Notes: generated by a model not told the origin, from the sequence alone. 64,000 bases of DNA from Chitinophagaceae bacterium (GCA_031402615.1 JANNSN010000015.1:20738-84737); one strand, 5' to 3'. Positions 1 through 9,675 are shown, numbered from the stretch's first letter. Translations and numbers: made by a program.

Positions 1-74
1 CTACAATCGCTTCGAAATCAAAATTTGACATAATGAAAATTTTATTTTATTTATTTTATAATGTTCTTTCGTGG

Positions 75-944
75 TCAAACGTCACAAAGTTTTACAGCCT
101 TTCTTAATGAGGCTATTTTGTCTTTTTTAACCGGAATAAATTCCTGTGCCACATAGCCCTTATAACCTGTATCCATAATCGCATGCATAATGGCAGGATA
201 GAAAAGTTCCTGCGTTTCATCGATCTCATGCCGGCCGGGCACACCCGCAGTATGGTAATGGCCAAACCATTCATGGCTTTGCTGAATGGTACGTATTACA
301 TCCCCCTCATTGATTTGCATGTGATAAATATCGTAGAGCAGTTTAAAATTGGGACTGCCAATTTTTTTACAAAGCGCAACACCCCAGGCCGATTTATCGC
401 ACATATAATCCTTATGATCCACCTTGCTGTTGAACAATTCCATTTGAATAATAACGCCTTTCTTTTCGGCAAGGCCGATAATTTTTTTTAACCCTTCGGC
501 ACAATTGTTCATGCCGGTTTCATCATCCATACCGTTGCGGTTACCGCTAAAACAAATCAGGTTCTGATACCCGGCTCCTGAAACCAGGTTTATATGTTCG
601 GTATAATTTTTTATAAGTGTGTCGTGATATTGCGGATCATTCCATCCCTTAGTCAGGCTGATCTCGGCACCATTGCACATGCTGCTATGCAGATTATAGT
701 TTTTTAAAACAGACCATTCTTTTGGCCCTACCAGATCAATAGCCTTAAGCCCGATTTTTTTTGCCACTACACAAAGTTCATCCAGTTTAAGAAAATCATA
801 GGTCCAGCGGCAAACAGCATGGTTGATATTATTCTTCAGGCCCATATTTTGATCATTCATTTTTTTAGCGAACGCATGTACCGGTGCCAGTGCAACCGCT
901 GCAGTTCCACCCAATAATGATTGTATCAGCTTTCGTCTTTTCAT
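75..944 (-). CDS. Tat-exported hydroxypyruvate-isomerase-like, xylose-isomerase-fold TIM-barrel protein
   Basis: 289-aa ORF. N-terminal twin-arginine signal (MKRRKLIQSLLGGTAAVALAPVHAFA). Body matches the Hyi/sugar phosphate isomerase-epimerase pattern (ELFNSKVDHKDY, LLYDIYHMQ, HYHTAGVPGRHEID). Its start overlaps the upstream MFS gene stop by 4 nt. Confidence 0.8.
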   Translation of the reverse strand: MKRRKLIQSLLGGTAAVALAPVHAFAKKMNDQNMGLKNNINHAVCRWTYDFLKLDELCVVAKKIGLKAIDLVGPKEWSVLKNYNLHSSMCNGAEISLTKGWNDPQYHDTLIKNYTEHINLVSGAGYQNLICFSGNRNGMDDETGMNNCAEGLKKIIGLAEKKGVIIQMELFNSKVDHKDYMCDKSAWGVALCKKIGSPNFKLLYDIYHMQINEGDVIRTIQQSHEWFGHYHTAGVPGRHEIDETQELFYPAIMHAIMDTGYKGYVAQEFIPVKKDKIASLRKAVKLCDV

Positions 945-2164
945 GTTTCGGCTACCGGGGTATTTTTTCTATCATTCTTAAAAAATAAAGTAAAAAGCAA
1001 AGCAATTCCGGCGGCAAAAATACATGGAATTAACCAGATGGCCTGCCAGTCATGGGTACCATCAGCCAGCAGGTATTTATCAACAATAACACCCGCCATA
1101 TAAAAACCAATATACATACCCAGCCCGTAAGTGGCCAGTGTAATTAATCCCTGCGCCGATGAACGGATATGTGGCCCGGCTTTTTGATCGGTATAGATCT
1201 GGCCGGTTACAAAAAAGAAATCGTAACAGATGCCATGAAAAATAATACCGGTGTATAACATCCATAAACCACCTTCCGTGTTCCCATAAGCGAATAAAAG
1301 ATACCGCAGAACCCAGGCGATCATTCCAATCAACAGCATTTGTTTGATGCCAAAACGTACAAAGAAAAAAGGCATTAAAAATAAAAATACGGTTTCGGCT
1401 ACCTGTCCCAGCGTCATCTTCCCGGCAGCACCAACCATGCCTGCTTCATTTAAAAACAAATTGGCCTGCCCATAATAAAATGCAAGCGGTATACAAATCA
1501 AAATAGAAGCGACAAAGAATACCAGGTAGTTTTTGTCTTTCAAAATTTTAATGGCATCCAGGCCCAATGCCTCACTCACGGTAACTTTTTGTCCGGCTTT
1601 GGGTGGTGGCGTATCGGGAAGAAAAAAACTGCCCATGCCCAGCAAAGCCGAAATCAAAGCCGCAACTTTAAAAGTGATGGACAAAGTTTCAGGATCTTTT
1701 TCCCAGGCCATGGCACCAATGATCAACCCTGCAGCGATCCAGCCAATGGTACCCCACATGCGGATGCCCGAAAATTCTTTTTCCGCATTGGTTACCTGTT
1801 TTAACGTGATTGAATTTACCAGTGCCAGGGTTGGCATGTAAATGATCATATAAATCAATAACAGCGAATAGAATGATGCAAAACTTGTTTGCGACGAAAT
1901 AAAGTATAAAATTCCTGCACCTGCCAGGTGTAAAATTCCCAGTATTTTTTGGGCAGCAAAAAATTTATCGGCTATCAGCCCTATAATGAATGGTGCAATG
2001 ATGGCACCCAGGCACTGGGTTCCATAAGCCGCGCCGGTTTGCTCCCCGGTGGCTGCTATATTACCCTTTATTAAAAAAGTACCCATGGTTACAAACCAAA
2101 TTCCCCAAACAAAAAAATTAAGAAACATCATGGATGATAACTTCAATCTGATAGTTGATTTCAT
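941..2164 (-). CDS. MFS transporter, nucleoside:H+ symporter (NupG/XapB-like) family
   Basis: 407-aa polytopic membrane ORF. The N-terminus (LKLSSMMFLNFFVWGIWFVTMGTFL) is typical of the Nuc_H_symport family. Confidence 0.7.
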   Translation of the reverse strand: MKSTIRLKLSSMMFLNFFVWGIWFVTMGTFLIKGNIAATGEQTGAAYGTQCLGAIIAPFIIGLIADKFFAAQKILGILHLAGAGILYFISSQTSFASFYSLLLIYMIIYMPTLALVNSITLKQVTNAEKEFSGIRMWGTIGWIAAGLIIGAMAWEKDPETLSITFKVAALISALLGMGSFFLPDTPPPKAGQKVTVSEALGLDAIKILKDKNYLVFFVASILICIPLAFYYGQANLFLNEAGMVGAAGKMTLGQVAETVFLFLMPFFFVRFGIKQMLLIGMIAWVLRYLLFAYGNTEGGLWMLYTGIIFHGICYDFFFVTGQIYTDQKAGPHIRSSAQGLITLATYGLGMYIGFYMAGVIVDKYLLADGTHDWQAIWLIPCIFAAGIALLFTLFFKNDRKNTPVAET

Positions 2165-2400
2165 GCAGCAGCTTTTTTTAAAATCGTTTGTAACCCGGTT
2201 ATGATTGGGTAAATATAATTTTTTTTAGGTTTTGAATTCGATATTATTTGAAAAAGTTTAAACAAACCTTTGCGGTTACTAATTCATCCTGGAAATTACA
2301 TCATCACCCTTATTAAATTAACTGGAAATAGTTTACTAATTATTTTTCTTTTAAATTTACCCAACAGATTCTGCAAATCTCAACTGGCAATATTTCAGCA

Positions 2401-3558
2401 ATGCAAAGAAAACTTAACATGGGTATGATTGGTGGCGGTAAAGACGCCTTTATTGGCGCCGTACACCGCATGGCTGCCAATATTGACGGGCATATTCAAC
2501 TGGTATGTGGTGCCTTTAGCAGCAGTGCGCAAAAGAGTAAGGAAAGCGGGGCATCGCTTTACCTGCCCGAAAACCGCGTGTATAGCAATTATAAAGAAAT
2601 GATTGAGCAGGAAAAATTATTACCCGAAGGGCAGCGGATGGATTTTGTGAGTATTGTAACTCCCAATAACCTGCATTATGCACCCGCAAAAATGGCTTTG
2701 GAAAACGGTTTTCATGTGGTATTGGATAAACCCATGACCTTAAGCCTGGCCGAAGCCAAATTATTAAAACAGGTTGTGGAAACGAGTGGAAAATTATTCT
2801 GCTTAACCCATACCTATACCGGTTACCCGATGGTAAAAGAAGCCAAAGAGATCATTCGGCAGAACAAACTGGGAGCGATCAGGAAGATTTATGTTTCCTA
2901 TCCGCAGGGATGGTTAAGTACTTTTTTAGAAGCAACCGACCAAAAGCAGGCTTCGTGGCGTACCGACCCAAAGCGCAGTGGTATGGCGGGTAGTATGGGG
3001 GATATTGGTGTACATGCATTTAACCTCGCAGAATATATAAGCGGGCTGCAGGTTACCCAACTCTGTGCTGATATAAATATTAAGGTTACCGGCCGCCAAT
3101 TGGATGATGACGGAACCGTTTTGCTTAAATTTAACAATGGCGCATCGGGTATGCTGTTTGCTACCCAGGTTGCCGCAGGTGAAGAAAATAATTTAAAGAT
3201 CCAGGTGTATGGTGAGCATGGCGGGCTGTCCTGGCAACAGGAAGATGCAAACTCGTTAAAGGTCATGTGGCTGGATAAACCTGCAGAAAAATCCCGGGCG
3301 GGTAATGATTATTTAAGTGCCCTGGCTAAATTTAATTGCCGAACCCCGGCCGGGCACCCCGAAGGTTACCTGGAAGCATTTGCCAACCTGTACCGGAATT
3401 TTGCATTGACCCTGATGGCTAAATATGACGGAACTGCGCCATTGAAAGAATGGACAGATTTTCCGGGAATAGAAGACGGCATAAGAGGCATGGCATTCAT
3501 TGAAAATGTAATTGCCAGCGGAAAGAGTAATAACAAATGGACCAACTTTGACGTATAA
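2401..3558 (+). CDS. Gfo/Idh/MocA family NAD(P)-dependent oxidoreductase (cytoplasmic)
   Basis: 385-aa ORF. Rossmann N-terminus (MGMIGGGKDAFIGAVH) and a dehydrogenase C-terminal domain. No signal peptide. Confidence 0.85.
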   Translation: MQRKLNMGMIGGGKDAFIGAVHRMAANIDGHIQLVCGAFSSSAQKSKESGASLYLPENRVYSNYKEMIEQEKLLPEGQRMDFVSIVTPNNLHYAPAKMALENGFHVVLDKPMTLSLAEAKLLKQVVETSGKLFCLTHTYTGYPMVKEAKEIIRQNKLGAIRKIYVSYPQGWLSTFLEATDQKQASWRTDPKRSGMAGSMGDIGVHAFNLAEYISGLQVTQLCADINIKVTGRQLDDDGTVLLKFNNGASGMLFATQVAAGEENNLKIQVYGEHGGLSWQQEDANSLKVMWLDKPAEKSRAGNDYLSALAKFNCRTPAGHPEGYLEAFANLYRNFALTLMAKYDGTAPLKEWTDFPGIEDGIRGMAFIENVIASGKSNNKWTNFDV

Positions 3559-3597
3559 ATACAACAGGTATTTTTTGATGTGTACAAAAGCAAATTC

Positions 3598-4650
3598 ATG
3601 CAAACAATAAAAGGTCCCGGAATATTCCTGGCCCAGTTTATGGGCGAAAAAGAACCGTTTAATAGCCTGGACGCGATTTGCAGGTGGGCAGCCTCATTGG
3701 GATTTAAAGCCATACAGATCCCGACCTGGGAAAAAAGACTGATTGACCTGGAACTGGCGGCAGCAAGTAAAACCTATTGCGATGAACTTAAAGGAAAGAT
3801 CAATTCCTTTGGCCTTGACATTTCTGAATTAAGTACCCATTTACAAGGCCAGCTAGTGGCTGTGAACCCTGCTTACGATACCATGTTCGATTCTTTTGCG
3901 CCTGCAGAATTACATGGTAATTCAAAGGCCAGAACCGAATGGGCTGTACAGCAGGTAAGATATGGGGCAAAAGCTTCTCAACATTTAGGTATTACAGCGC
4001 ATGCTACTTTCAGTGGAGCCTTGTTGTGGCATACTTTTCATCCATGGCCGCAACGACCGGTGGGTTTGGTTGATGAAGGATTTACAGAACTGGCTAAACG
4101 CTGGATGCCGATACTAAATTATTTTGATGAATGTGGTGTAGATGTTTGTTATGAAATTCATCCCGGCGAAGACCTGTTCGACGGCATTACTTATGAAATG
4201 TTCCTGGAAAAAGTAAATAATCATCCAAGGGCCTGCCTGTTGTATGACCCTTCCCATTTTGTATTGCAACAATTGAATTATATTGACTACATTGATATCT
4301 ACCATGAACGTATAAAGGCATTTCATGTAAAAGATGCAGAGTTTAATGCAACCGGTCGGCAGGGCACTTTTGGTGGTTATCAAAGCTGGTTAAAACGCGC
4401 AGGCCGTTACCGCAGCCCGGGCGACGGGCAGGTGGACTTTAAAACCATTTTCAGTAAACTTACCGAATATGGATTTACCGGCTGGGCAATCATGGAATGG
4501 GAATGTTGTATTAAACATCCCGAAGACGGGGCAAGAGAGGGTGCTGTTTTTATCAGGGACCACATCATCCGGGTTACTGAAAAGGCATTTGATGACTTTG
4601 CCGGTACATTACCAGATGCAAATCTGAATAAAAAAATTTTGGGCATTTAA
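3598..4650 (+). CDS. Sugar phosphate isomerase/epimerase (xylose isomerase-like TIM barrel)
   Basis: The ORF is open from GTG 3580, but ATG 3598 is preferred. Contains CYEIHPGEDL and AFHVKDAEF metal-site-like motifs. Lies 22-40 nt after the oxidoreductase gene. Confidence 0.75.
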   Translation: MQTIKGPGIFLAQFMGEKEPFNSLDAICRWAASLGFKAIQIPTWEKRLIDLELAAASKTYCDELKGKINSFGLDISELSTHLQGQLVAVNPAYDTMFDSFAPAELHGNSKARTEWAVQQVRYGAKASQHLGITAHATFSGALLWHTFHPWPQRPVGLVDEGFTELAKRWMPILNYFDECGVDVCYEIHPGEDLFDGITYEMFLEKVNNHPRACLLYDPSHFVLQQLNYIDYIDIYHERIKAFHVKDAEFNATGRQGTFGGYQSWLKRAGRYRSPGDGQVDFKTIFSKLTEYGFTGWAIMEWECCIKHPEDGAREGAVFIRDHIIRVTEKAFDDFAGTLPDANLNKKILGI

Positions 4651-4671
4651 TAACTAAACCAGATTTCGAAT

Positions 4672-5052
4672 ATGAAGAAAATAATTGCGATCCTTTTCGT
4701 AACAACAGGCATTATCGCCTGCAATAGTGGCGATGACAAATCCAACACTGCGGCACCTGCACAAAAAGCGAATGTGGCTATGGACAATCCCGATTATGAT
4801 GCCGGACTTAACCTGATAGCCAAATCGGATTGTTTTACCTGTCATAAATTAAGAGAAAAATTAGTGGGGCCTTCTTATGGTGAGGTAGCAAACAAATATC
4901 CCAATACAGCCGAAAATATAAATTTACTTGCTGACAGGATTATGAAAGGAAGCCAGGGTATTTGGGGGACGGTACCCATGCTGGCCCACCCGAACATAAA
5001 AAAAGAAGATGCAGAAAAAATGGTTAAATACATTTTATTATTAAAAGAATAA
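4672..5052 (+). CDS. c-type cytochrome (class I, single haem) lipoprotein
   Basis: 126 aa. Lipobox (GIIAC), a single CFTCH haem-binding motif, and a distal Met region (GTVPMLAHP). Confidence 0.85.
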   Translation: MKKIIAILFVTTGIIACNSGDDKSNTAAPAQKANVAMDNPDYDAGLNLIAKSDCFTCHKLREKLVGPSYGEVANKYPNTAENINLLADRIMKGSQGIWGTVPMLAHPNIKKEDAEKMVKYILLLKE

Positions 5053-5062
5053 ATAAAAAAAC

Positions 5063-5791
5063 ATGAAAAAAACAGGGTTAATGATGTTGCTGGCTATAAC
5101 CATTGCCGGATGCAATTCACCATCAAATAAAACAGAAGTACAAACCATGGATAAAACTGATGACGGCTGGGTTTCTTTATTTGATGGCAAAACACTTACC
5201 GGATGGCACAACTATGGCAAAACAACGGTAGGTGAGGCCTGGAAGGTAGCCGATGGAAACCTGTACCTGGATACTACTAAAAAAGAAGGCTGGCAAATAG
5301 CGAGTGGCGGCGATATTGTGAGTGACGAAGCCTATGAAAATTTTCACCTGAAACTGGAATGGAAAATTGCTCCAAATGGTAACAGTGGGATTATCTTCTA
5401 TGTGCATGAAGATACCGCCAAATACGAGTTTGTTTGGCATACCGGCCCCGAAATGCAGGTCCTGGACAATGATGGCCATGCTGATGGAAAAATTCCGAAA
5501 CACCGTGCCGGTGATCTGTACGATTTGATCTCCTGCAGTACCGAAACGGTTAAAGCACCCGGGGAATGGAATGCAGTGGACATTATCTCCAAAGACGGTA
5601 AACTGGATCTTATATTAAACGGTACCAATGTGGTAAGTACCGTATTATGGGATGATGCCTGGAAGAAACTGGTAGCAGGCAGTAAATTTAAAGCCTGGCC
5701 CGATTTCGGCACCTATAAAAAAGGACATATTTCTTTACAGGATCATGGGAATACCGTTTGGTACAGAAACATAAAAATAAAAAGATTATAA
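5063..5791 (+). CDS. DUF1080 (3-keto-disaccharide hydrolase family) lipoprotein
   Basis: 242 aa. Lipobox (IAGC). DUF1080 hallmarks: GWVSLFDGKTLTGW, FHLKLEWKI..NSGI, and the tail ISLQDHGNTVWYRNIKIK. Confidence 0.8.
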   Translation: MKKTGLMMLLAITIAGCNSPSNKTEVQTMDKTDDGWVSLFDGKTLTGWHNYGKTTVGEAWKVADGNLYLDTTKKEGWQIASGGDIVSDEAYENFHLKLEWKIAPNGNSGIIFYVHEDTAKYEFVWHTGPEMQVLDNDGHADGKIPKHRAGDLYDLISCSTETVKAPGEWNAVDIISKDGKLDLILNGTNVVSTVLWDDAWKKLVAGSKFKAWPDFGTYKKGHISLQDHGNTVWYRNIKIKRL

Positions 5792-5810
5792 AAAATTTTT
5801 AGTGGAATTA

Positions 5811-5925
5811 ATACCATCTTGATTTAATAGGTAGTCCAAAGGACTACGTTGAAATCTTAGATGGTATTATGCCGATAGCAAATGGCTTTGGACTACATAC
5901 TGGTATAATCGGTATGATTTACTAA
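5811..5925. repeat. Dispersed intergenic repeat, copy A (composite palindrome)
   Basis: Contains GTAGTCCAAAG twice in inverted orientation (5831-5841 and 5886-5896) and the ATACCATCT/AGATGGTAT inverted repeat. Its reverse complement matches 60365-60434 and 63531-63561. Confidence 0.75.
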
Positions 5926-5964
5926 AAATAAAATGCCCGGTAGGCTGAAATATGAAAAGAAACT

Positions 5965-6001
5965 AAAAAAAGCTGCCCTTATGATGGGGCAGCTTTTTTT
6001 A
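5965..6001. terminator. Bidirectional rho-independent terminator
   Basis: AAAAAAGCTGCCC-loop-GGGCAGCTTTTTTT lies between the convergent DUF1080 and isomerase genes. Confidence 0.8.
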
Positions 6002-6012
6002 AATGAGATCCG

Positions 6013-6891
6013 CTATTTAACTTTTCTCAAAAGTTTTTTTACCTCCTTGTTACTTTCGGCAATGCTGCCGTAAAAATCGGGTTTATAATTATTTTCCTGT
6101 TCTACTATAAAATGTTTTACACCCGCCTGCTTAGCAGCCGCGAAAATGGTTTTAAAATCCAGGGAGCCATTGCATATTTCTGTATTCTGTGTTCGGTCAT
6201 TCCTGTTCATGTCCTTCACATGCCACAGAGGAAATCTTCCAGGATGTGCATCAAACAGGGCGACAGGATCGTACCCGGCCCGTACAACCCAATACAGATC
6301 CAATTCCATTTTCACCAGGTCACTATCCATTTTGCTCAATAAAATATCATACCCGTGCTGCCCGTTAAAATCAGCAAATTCAAAATCATGATTGTGATAA
6401 GCCAGTTGCAGGTTGGCTTGCTTACATATTTCACCGGCTTTATTCATCCGTTCGGCCAGCGCCTTGTATTTATCAATTGAATTTCTTTTTTCCTCGGCCA
6501 TCCAGGGCACAATGACATAGCTGTTACCCAGTTCATTGGCCACATCGCATAAGTTTTTTACATCGTCTCCGTTACCGTTATCAAATAAGAATTTTTCGGG
6601 CATATAATGACCGCTGGGACTGGCCAGGTTATTTTGCTTTAACAGCTCACTTATTTTCTTAACCGAATGGCCAAAAAAAGTATTTGTCGCCGATAGCCCA
6701 AACATTTCCATCTCGCTATACCCTGCTTTGGCGATCTGGCTGAACACACCCGGAACATCTTTCCCAACCAGGTCACGGAGCGTATATAACTGCAAACCGA
6801 TTTGATGCGCCTTAGCCCCGGCCAGTTTCGGTAAGGCTATCATCCCGGCTGATAGTATGGCAGACTGCTTTAAAAAAGTTCTTCTTTTCAT
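6013..6891 (-). CDS. Tat-exported sugar phosphate isomerase/epimerase (xylose-isomerase fold)
   Basis: Start moved to the internal Met (MKRRTFLKQSAILSAGMIALPKLAGA, a twin-arginine signal). The 18-codon upstream extension overlaps the rpsG terminator hairpin. Contains LAYHNHDFEF and LWHVKD motifs. Confidence 0.8.
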   Translation of the reverse strand: MKRRTFLKQSAILSAGMIALPKLAGAKAHQIGLQLYTLRDLVGKDVPGVFSQIAKAGYSEMEMFGLSATNTFFGHSVKKISELLKQNNLASPSGHYMPEKFLFDNGNGDDVKNLCDVANELGNSYVIVPWMAEEKRNSIDKYKALAERMNKAGEICKQANLQLAYHNHDFEFADFNGQHGYDILLSKMDSDLVKMELDLYWVVRAGYDPVALFDAHPGRFPLWHVKDMNRNDRTQNTEICNGSLDFKTIFAAAKQAGVKHFIVEQENNYKPDFYGSIAESNKEVKKLLRKVK

Positions 6892-6930
6892 GATCCTATT
6901 CGTTTTGATATTTCTAAAGTTATATAAATT

Positions 6931-6960
6931 AAACAGCCGTTCCAAAAATGGAACGGCTGC
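6931..6960 (-). terminator. rho-independent terminator after rpsG
   Basis: Perfect hairpin CAGCCGTTCCA-loop-TGGAACGGCTG, followed on the minus strand by a T-rich run. Confidence 0.8.
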
Positions 6961-6982
6961 TTAAAGAATATTATTTCGATAT

Positions 6983-7450
6983 TTAGATCCTGAAGTGAGC
7001 AAAAGCCTTGTTGGCTTCGGCCATCCGGTGGGTGTCTTCTTTCTTTTTAAAGGATGCTCCTTCACCTTTGCTGGCGGCAACGATCTCGTTCGCCAGTTTG
7101 TCAGCCATACTGCGGCCATTTCGGTCACGGCTGTATTTGATCATCCATTTGATGCTTAAAGAAACTTTTCTGTCGGTACGCACCTCAGCAGGAATCTGGA
7201 AAGTAGCACCACCAATACGGCGGCTACGTACTTCAACACCGGGCGTGATATTAGCCAATGCTTTTTTCCAAACTTCGTATCCGTCTTCGCCGGTTTGCTT
7301 GGAAACCTTGTCTAAAGCATTATAAAAAATAATATAGGCACCACTTTTTTTACCAGCCCACATCAGGTTATTTACAAAACGGGTAACCAGTTTGTCGTTA
7401 AATTTTGGGTCTGGTGCTAAAGGTATTTTTTTCGGTTGTGTTTTCCTCAT
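6983..7450 (-). CDS. rpsG: 30S ribosomal protein S7
   Basis: 155-aa ORF with a full-length match to the S7 pattern ([15 protein letters not shown]..., [21 protein letters not shown]). Confidence 0.97.
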   Translation of the reverse strand: MRKTQPKKIPLAPDPKFNDKLVTRFVNNLMWAGKKSGAYIIFYNALDKVSKQTGEDGYEVWKKALANITPGVEVRSRRIGGATFQIPAEVRTDRKVSLSIKWMIKYSRDRNGRSMADKLANEIVAASKGEGASFKKKEDTHRMAEANKAFAHFRI

Positions 7451-7517
7451 TGTTGTTCATTTTGGTCTGGTAGCCTGTCCATTCAGGACTTTCGCCGGAC
7501 CATTATTAGTTAAGTAT

Positions 7518-7892
7518 TTATTTTTTAGCTCTTTTAGTTCCGTACTTACTACGACTTTGTTTGCGGTCTTTTACACCGGCTGTATCCAGGCTTCCACGAA
7601 CAATGTGATAACGTACACCCGGTAGATCCTTTACCCTTCCGCCACGTATCAATACAATCGAGTGCTCCTGTAAATTGTGTCCTTCACCCGGTATATAGGC
7701 AATAACCTCAATTTTATTGGTTAAACGTACTTTAGCAACTTTACGTAAAGCCGAGTTTGGTTTCTTTGGCGTGGTTGTGTACACCCTGGTACAAACACCG
7801 CGGCGCTGAGGACAACTGTCCAAAGCCCTTGATTTGCTTTTAGCTTTAATTACTTCTCTTCCTTTTCTTACTAACTGTTGTATTGTAGGCAT
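7518..7892 (-). CDS. rpsL: 30S ribosomal protein S12
   Basis: 124-aa ORF beginning [12 protein letters not shown]. Contains [25 protein letters not shown] and [16 protein letters not shown]. Confidence 0.97.
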   Translation of the reverse strand: MPTIQQLVRKGREVIKAKSKSRALDSCPQRRGVCTRVYTTTPKKPNSALRKVAKVRLTNKIEVIAYIPGEGHNLQEHSIVLIRGGRVKDLPGVRYHIVRGSLDTAGVKDRKQSRSKYGTKRAKK

Positions 7893-7916
7893 TATGTACT
7901 TTTAATTTTCGGACGG

Positions 7917-7924
7917 CAAAGGTA
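7917..7924 (-). promoter_or_regulatory. Bacteroidota -7 promoter box TACCTTTG upstream of rpsL
   Basis: Exact TAnnTTTG motif on the minus strand, 24 nt upstream of the rpsL ATG. Confidence 0.65.
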
Positions 7925-7984
7925 GGATTTACAATTTGATTTGAGAAACTTAAAACTAAAAAAAAACAATTTTTATTAATATTA

Positions 7985-8012
7985 ATTAAAAAAACCGCTT
8001 ATCAAAGCGGTT
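7985..8012 (-). terminator. rho-independent terminator after ilvE
   Basis: AACCGCTT-loop-AAGCGGTT hairpin followed on the minus strand by a T7 run. Confidence 0.75.
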
Positions 8013-8039
8013 CAGGTATAATTAATCTCTTTTAGCTGC

Positions 8040-9104
8040 TTATATTTTCTGCATCCATCCATGGGTATCCGGCACCTGGCCATAGCGAATAGCATTTAAC
8101 CGGTTTTTTACAGAAGGAGCTGTTTTCCATGTATTTACATCAAATTCCATTACATAATCCTTGTATCTCAGTTCCTTTATCAAGGATACTGTGGCTGCGG
8201 TTCCGGTTCCAAAAACCTCATGTAACTGACCCAACTTGTGTGCCTCAATTATTTCGTCTATATGCAAGCGTCTTTCTTCTACTTCCAGCCCCATTTCTTT
8301 TAAAACAGTAATAACACTGTCGCGGGTTACGCCTGCCAGTATGGTACCTGTTTCAAGCTCTGGGGTTATGGCTTTGTTACCAATGATAAAGAAAACATTC
8401 ATTGTTCCGCATTCCTGTACAAACTTGTGTTCAAAAGCATCTGTCCACAAAACCTGGTCGTAGCCTTTCTTTTTAGCTTCCGCGGTGGCATACATGGCTG
8501 CACCATAATTACCTGCAGCTTTAACGTATCCAACGCCACCGGGCACTGCTCTTACATAATGCTCTTCTACATATATACGCATGGGTGCGCTATAATATGG
8601 GCCCGAGGGACTAAGAATGATCATGAACTTGTACTTTTCACTGGGCTTTACACCAATCATTTGATCGCTGGCAAACATAAATGGCCGAATATATAATGCA
8701 TGGTCCTTCTGCCGCGGAATCCAGTTTTTGTCCAGCTCTACCAACATACGCATGCCTTCGATAAAAATATCTTCGGGTACCTGTGGCATCTGCATTCTTT
8801 CGGCAGAGATATTAAAACGCCTGAAGTTGTCTAAAGGACGAAAGATGAACGCTTCCCCATCTGCATTTTTATAGGCTTTAATCCCTTCAAAAATGGATTG
8901 GCCATAATGAATGGCTGCGATGGATGGATCCAACAATAAGGGTTGATAGGGCTTTATTTCTGCATTTTGCCATTCACCGTCCTCGTAATCAACTTCCAGC
9001 ATATGATCTGTAAAATATTTACCAAAGGGAATATTTTCCAGGCTTATATCCTTCAGTTTACTGCGTTCAACCTTGGTGATATTTATTTTTTCAGCTGCAA
9101 TCAT
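8040..9104 (-). CDS. ilvE: Branched-chain amino acid aminotransferase
   Basis: 354 aa. Class IV aminotransferase motifs (HYGQSIFEGIKAY, YIRPF, GGVGYVKAAGNYG, ECGTMNVFF, TGTAA). Confidence 0.9.
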   Translation of the reverse strand: MIAAEKINITKVERSKLKDISLENIPFGKYFTDHMLEVDYEDGEWQNAEIKPYQPLLLDPSIAAIHYGQSIFEGIKAYKNADGEAFIFRPLDNFRRFNISAERMQMPQVPEDIFIEGMRMLVELDKNWIPRQKDHALYIRPFMFASDQMIGVKPSEKYKFMIILSPSGPYYSAPMRIYVEEHYVRAVPGGVGYVKAAGNYGAAMYATAEAKKKGYDQVLWTDAFEHKFVQECGTMNVFFIIGNKAITPELETGTILAGVTRDSVITVLKEMGLEVEERRLHIDEIIEAHKLGQLHEVFGTGTAATVSLIKELRYKDYVMEFDVNTWKTAPSVKNRLNAIRYGQVPDTHGWMQKI

Positions 9105-9158
9105 AGTTCGTTAATTTTACTGCAAAGAAACGAAAAAAAGAGTTTAAAATGCCTATTC

Positions 9159-9659
9159 ATGAGTTTAGATAATATTCAACTATCCCCCGTTTTAATTCAA
9201 AGTCTGTATAAAAAATCTTTATATGACCTAAAACCAGTGGAAGCAGCTTCAGATAACATACAATCAGACAAGATAACTTTCCTGGGCGGTAATCAAAAAA
9301 AAATTACCCTGTTGGTTACTTCAACGGAAGCCATTTATTTACCCGATGAGGAGTTGAATTTTTTACTGGGTATATTAACTGCCTGTAAATTAAGTATGGC
9401 AGATATCGCGTTGATCAATGTTACAAAAAATCCGGGTTTGTTGTATACCACATTGACTGACCAGCTGCAGGCTGAAAAAATATTTCTATTTGGTTTAAAA
9501 ACAGAGATACTGGAACTGCCATTACAATTTCCGAATTATCAAATTCAACAATTCAATAACCAGGTGTATCTTTCTTCAACATCTTTGACTGAATTGCAAA
9601 AGAATAAAGCGGAGAAAATAAAATTATGGGACTGCTTAAAAACTATTTTTTTATTGTGA
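9159..9659 (+). CDS. Hypothetical protein
   Basis: The ORF is open from 8943, but that part is antisense to ilvE. The first intergenic ATG at 9159 gives 166 aa. No domain recognised. Confidence 0.45.
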   Translation: MSLDNIQLSPVLIQSLYKKSLYDLKPVEAASDNIQSDKITFLGGNQKKITLLVTSTEAIYLPDEELNFLLGILTACKLSMADIALINVTKNPGLLYTTLTDQLQAEKIFLFGLKTEILELPLQFPNYQIQQFNNQVYLSSTSLTELQKNKAEKIKLWDCLKTIFLL

Positions 9660-9675
9660 AAAATATGAATAACTA

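Noticed and set aside
6892-6945. Longer N-terminal extension (MERLFNLYNFRNIKTNRI) of the Tat-exported isomerase
   Set aside because: The extension overlaps the rpsG terminator hairpin and would bury the twin-arginine signal. The internal Met at 6891 is used instead.
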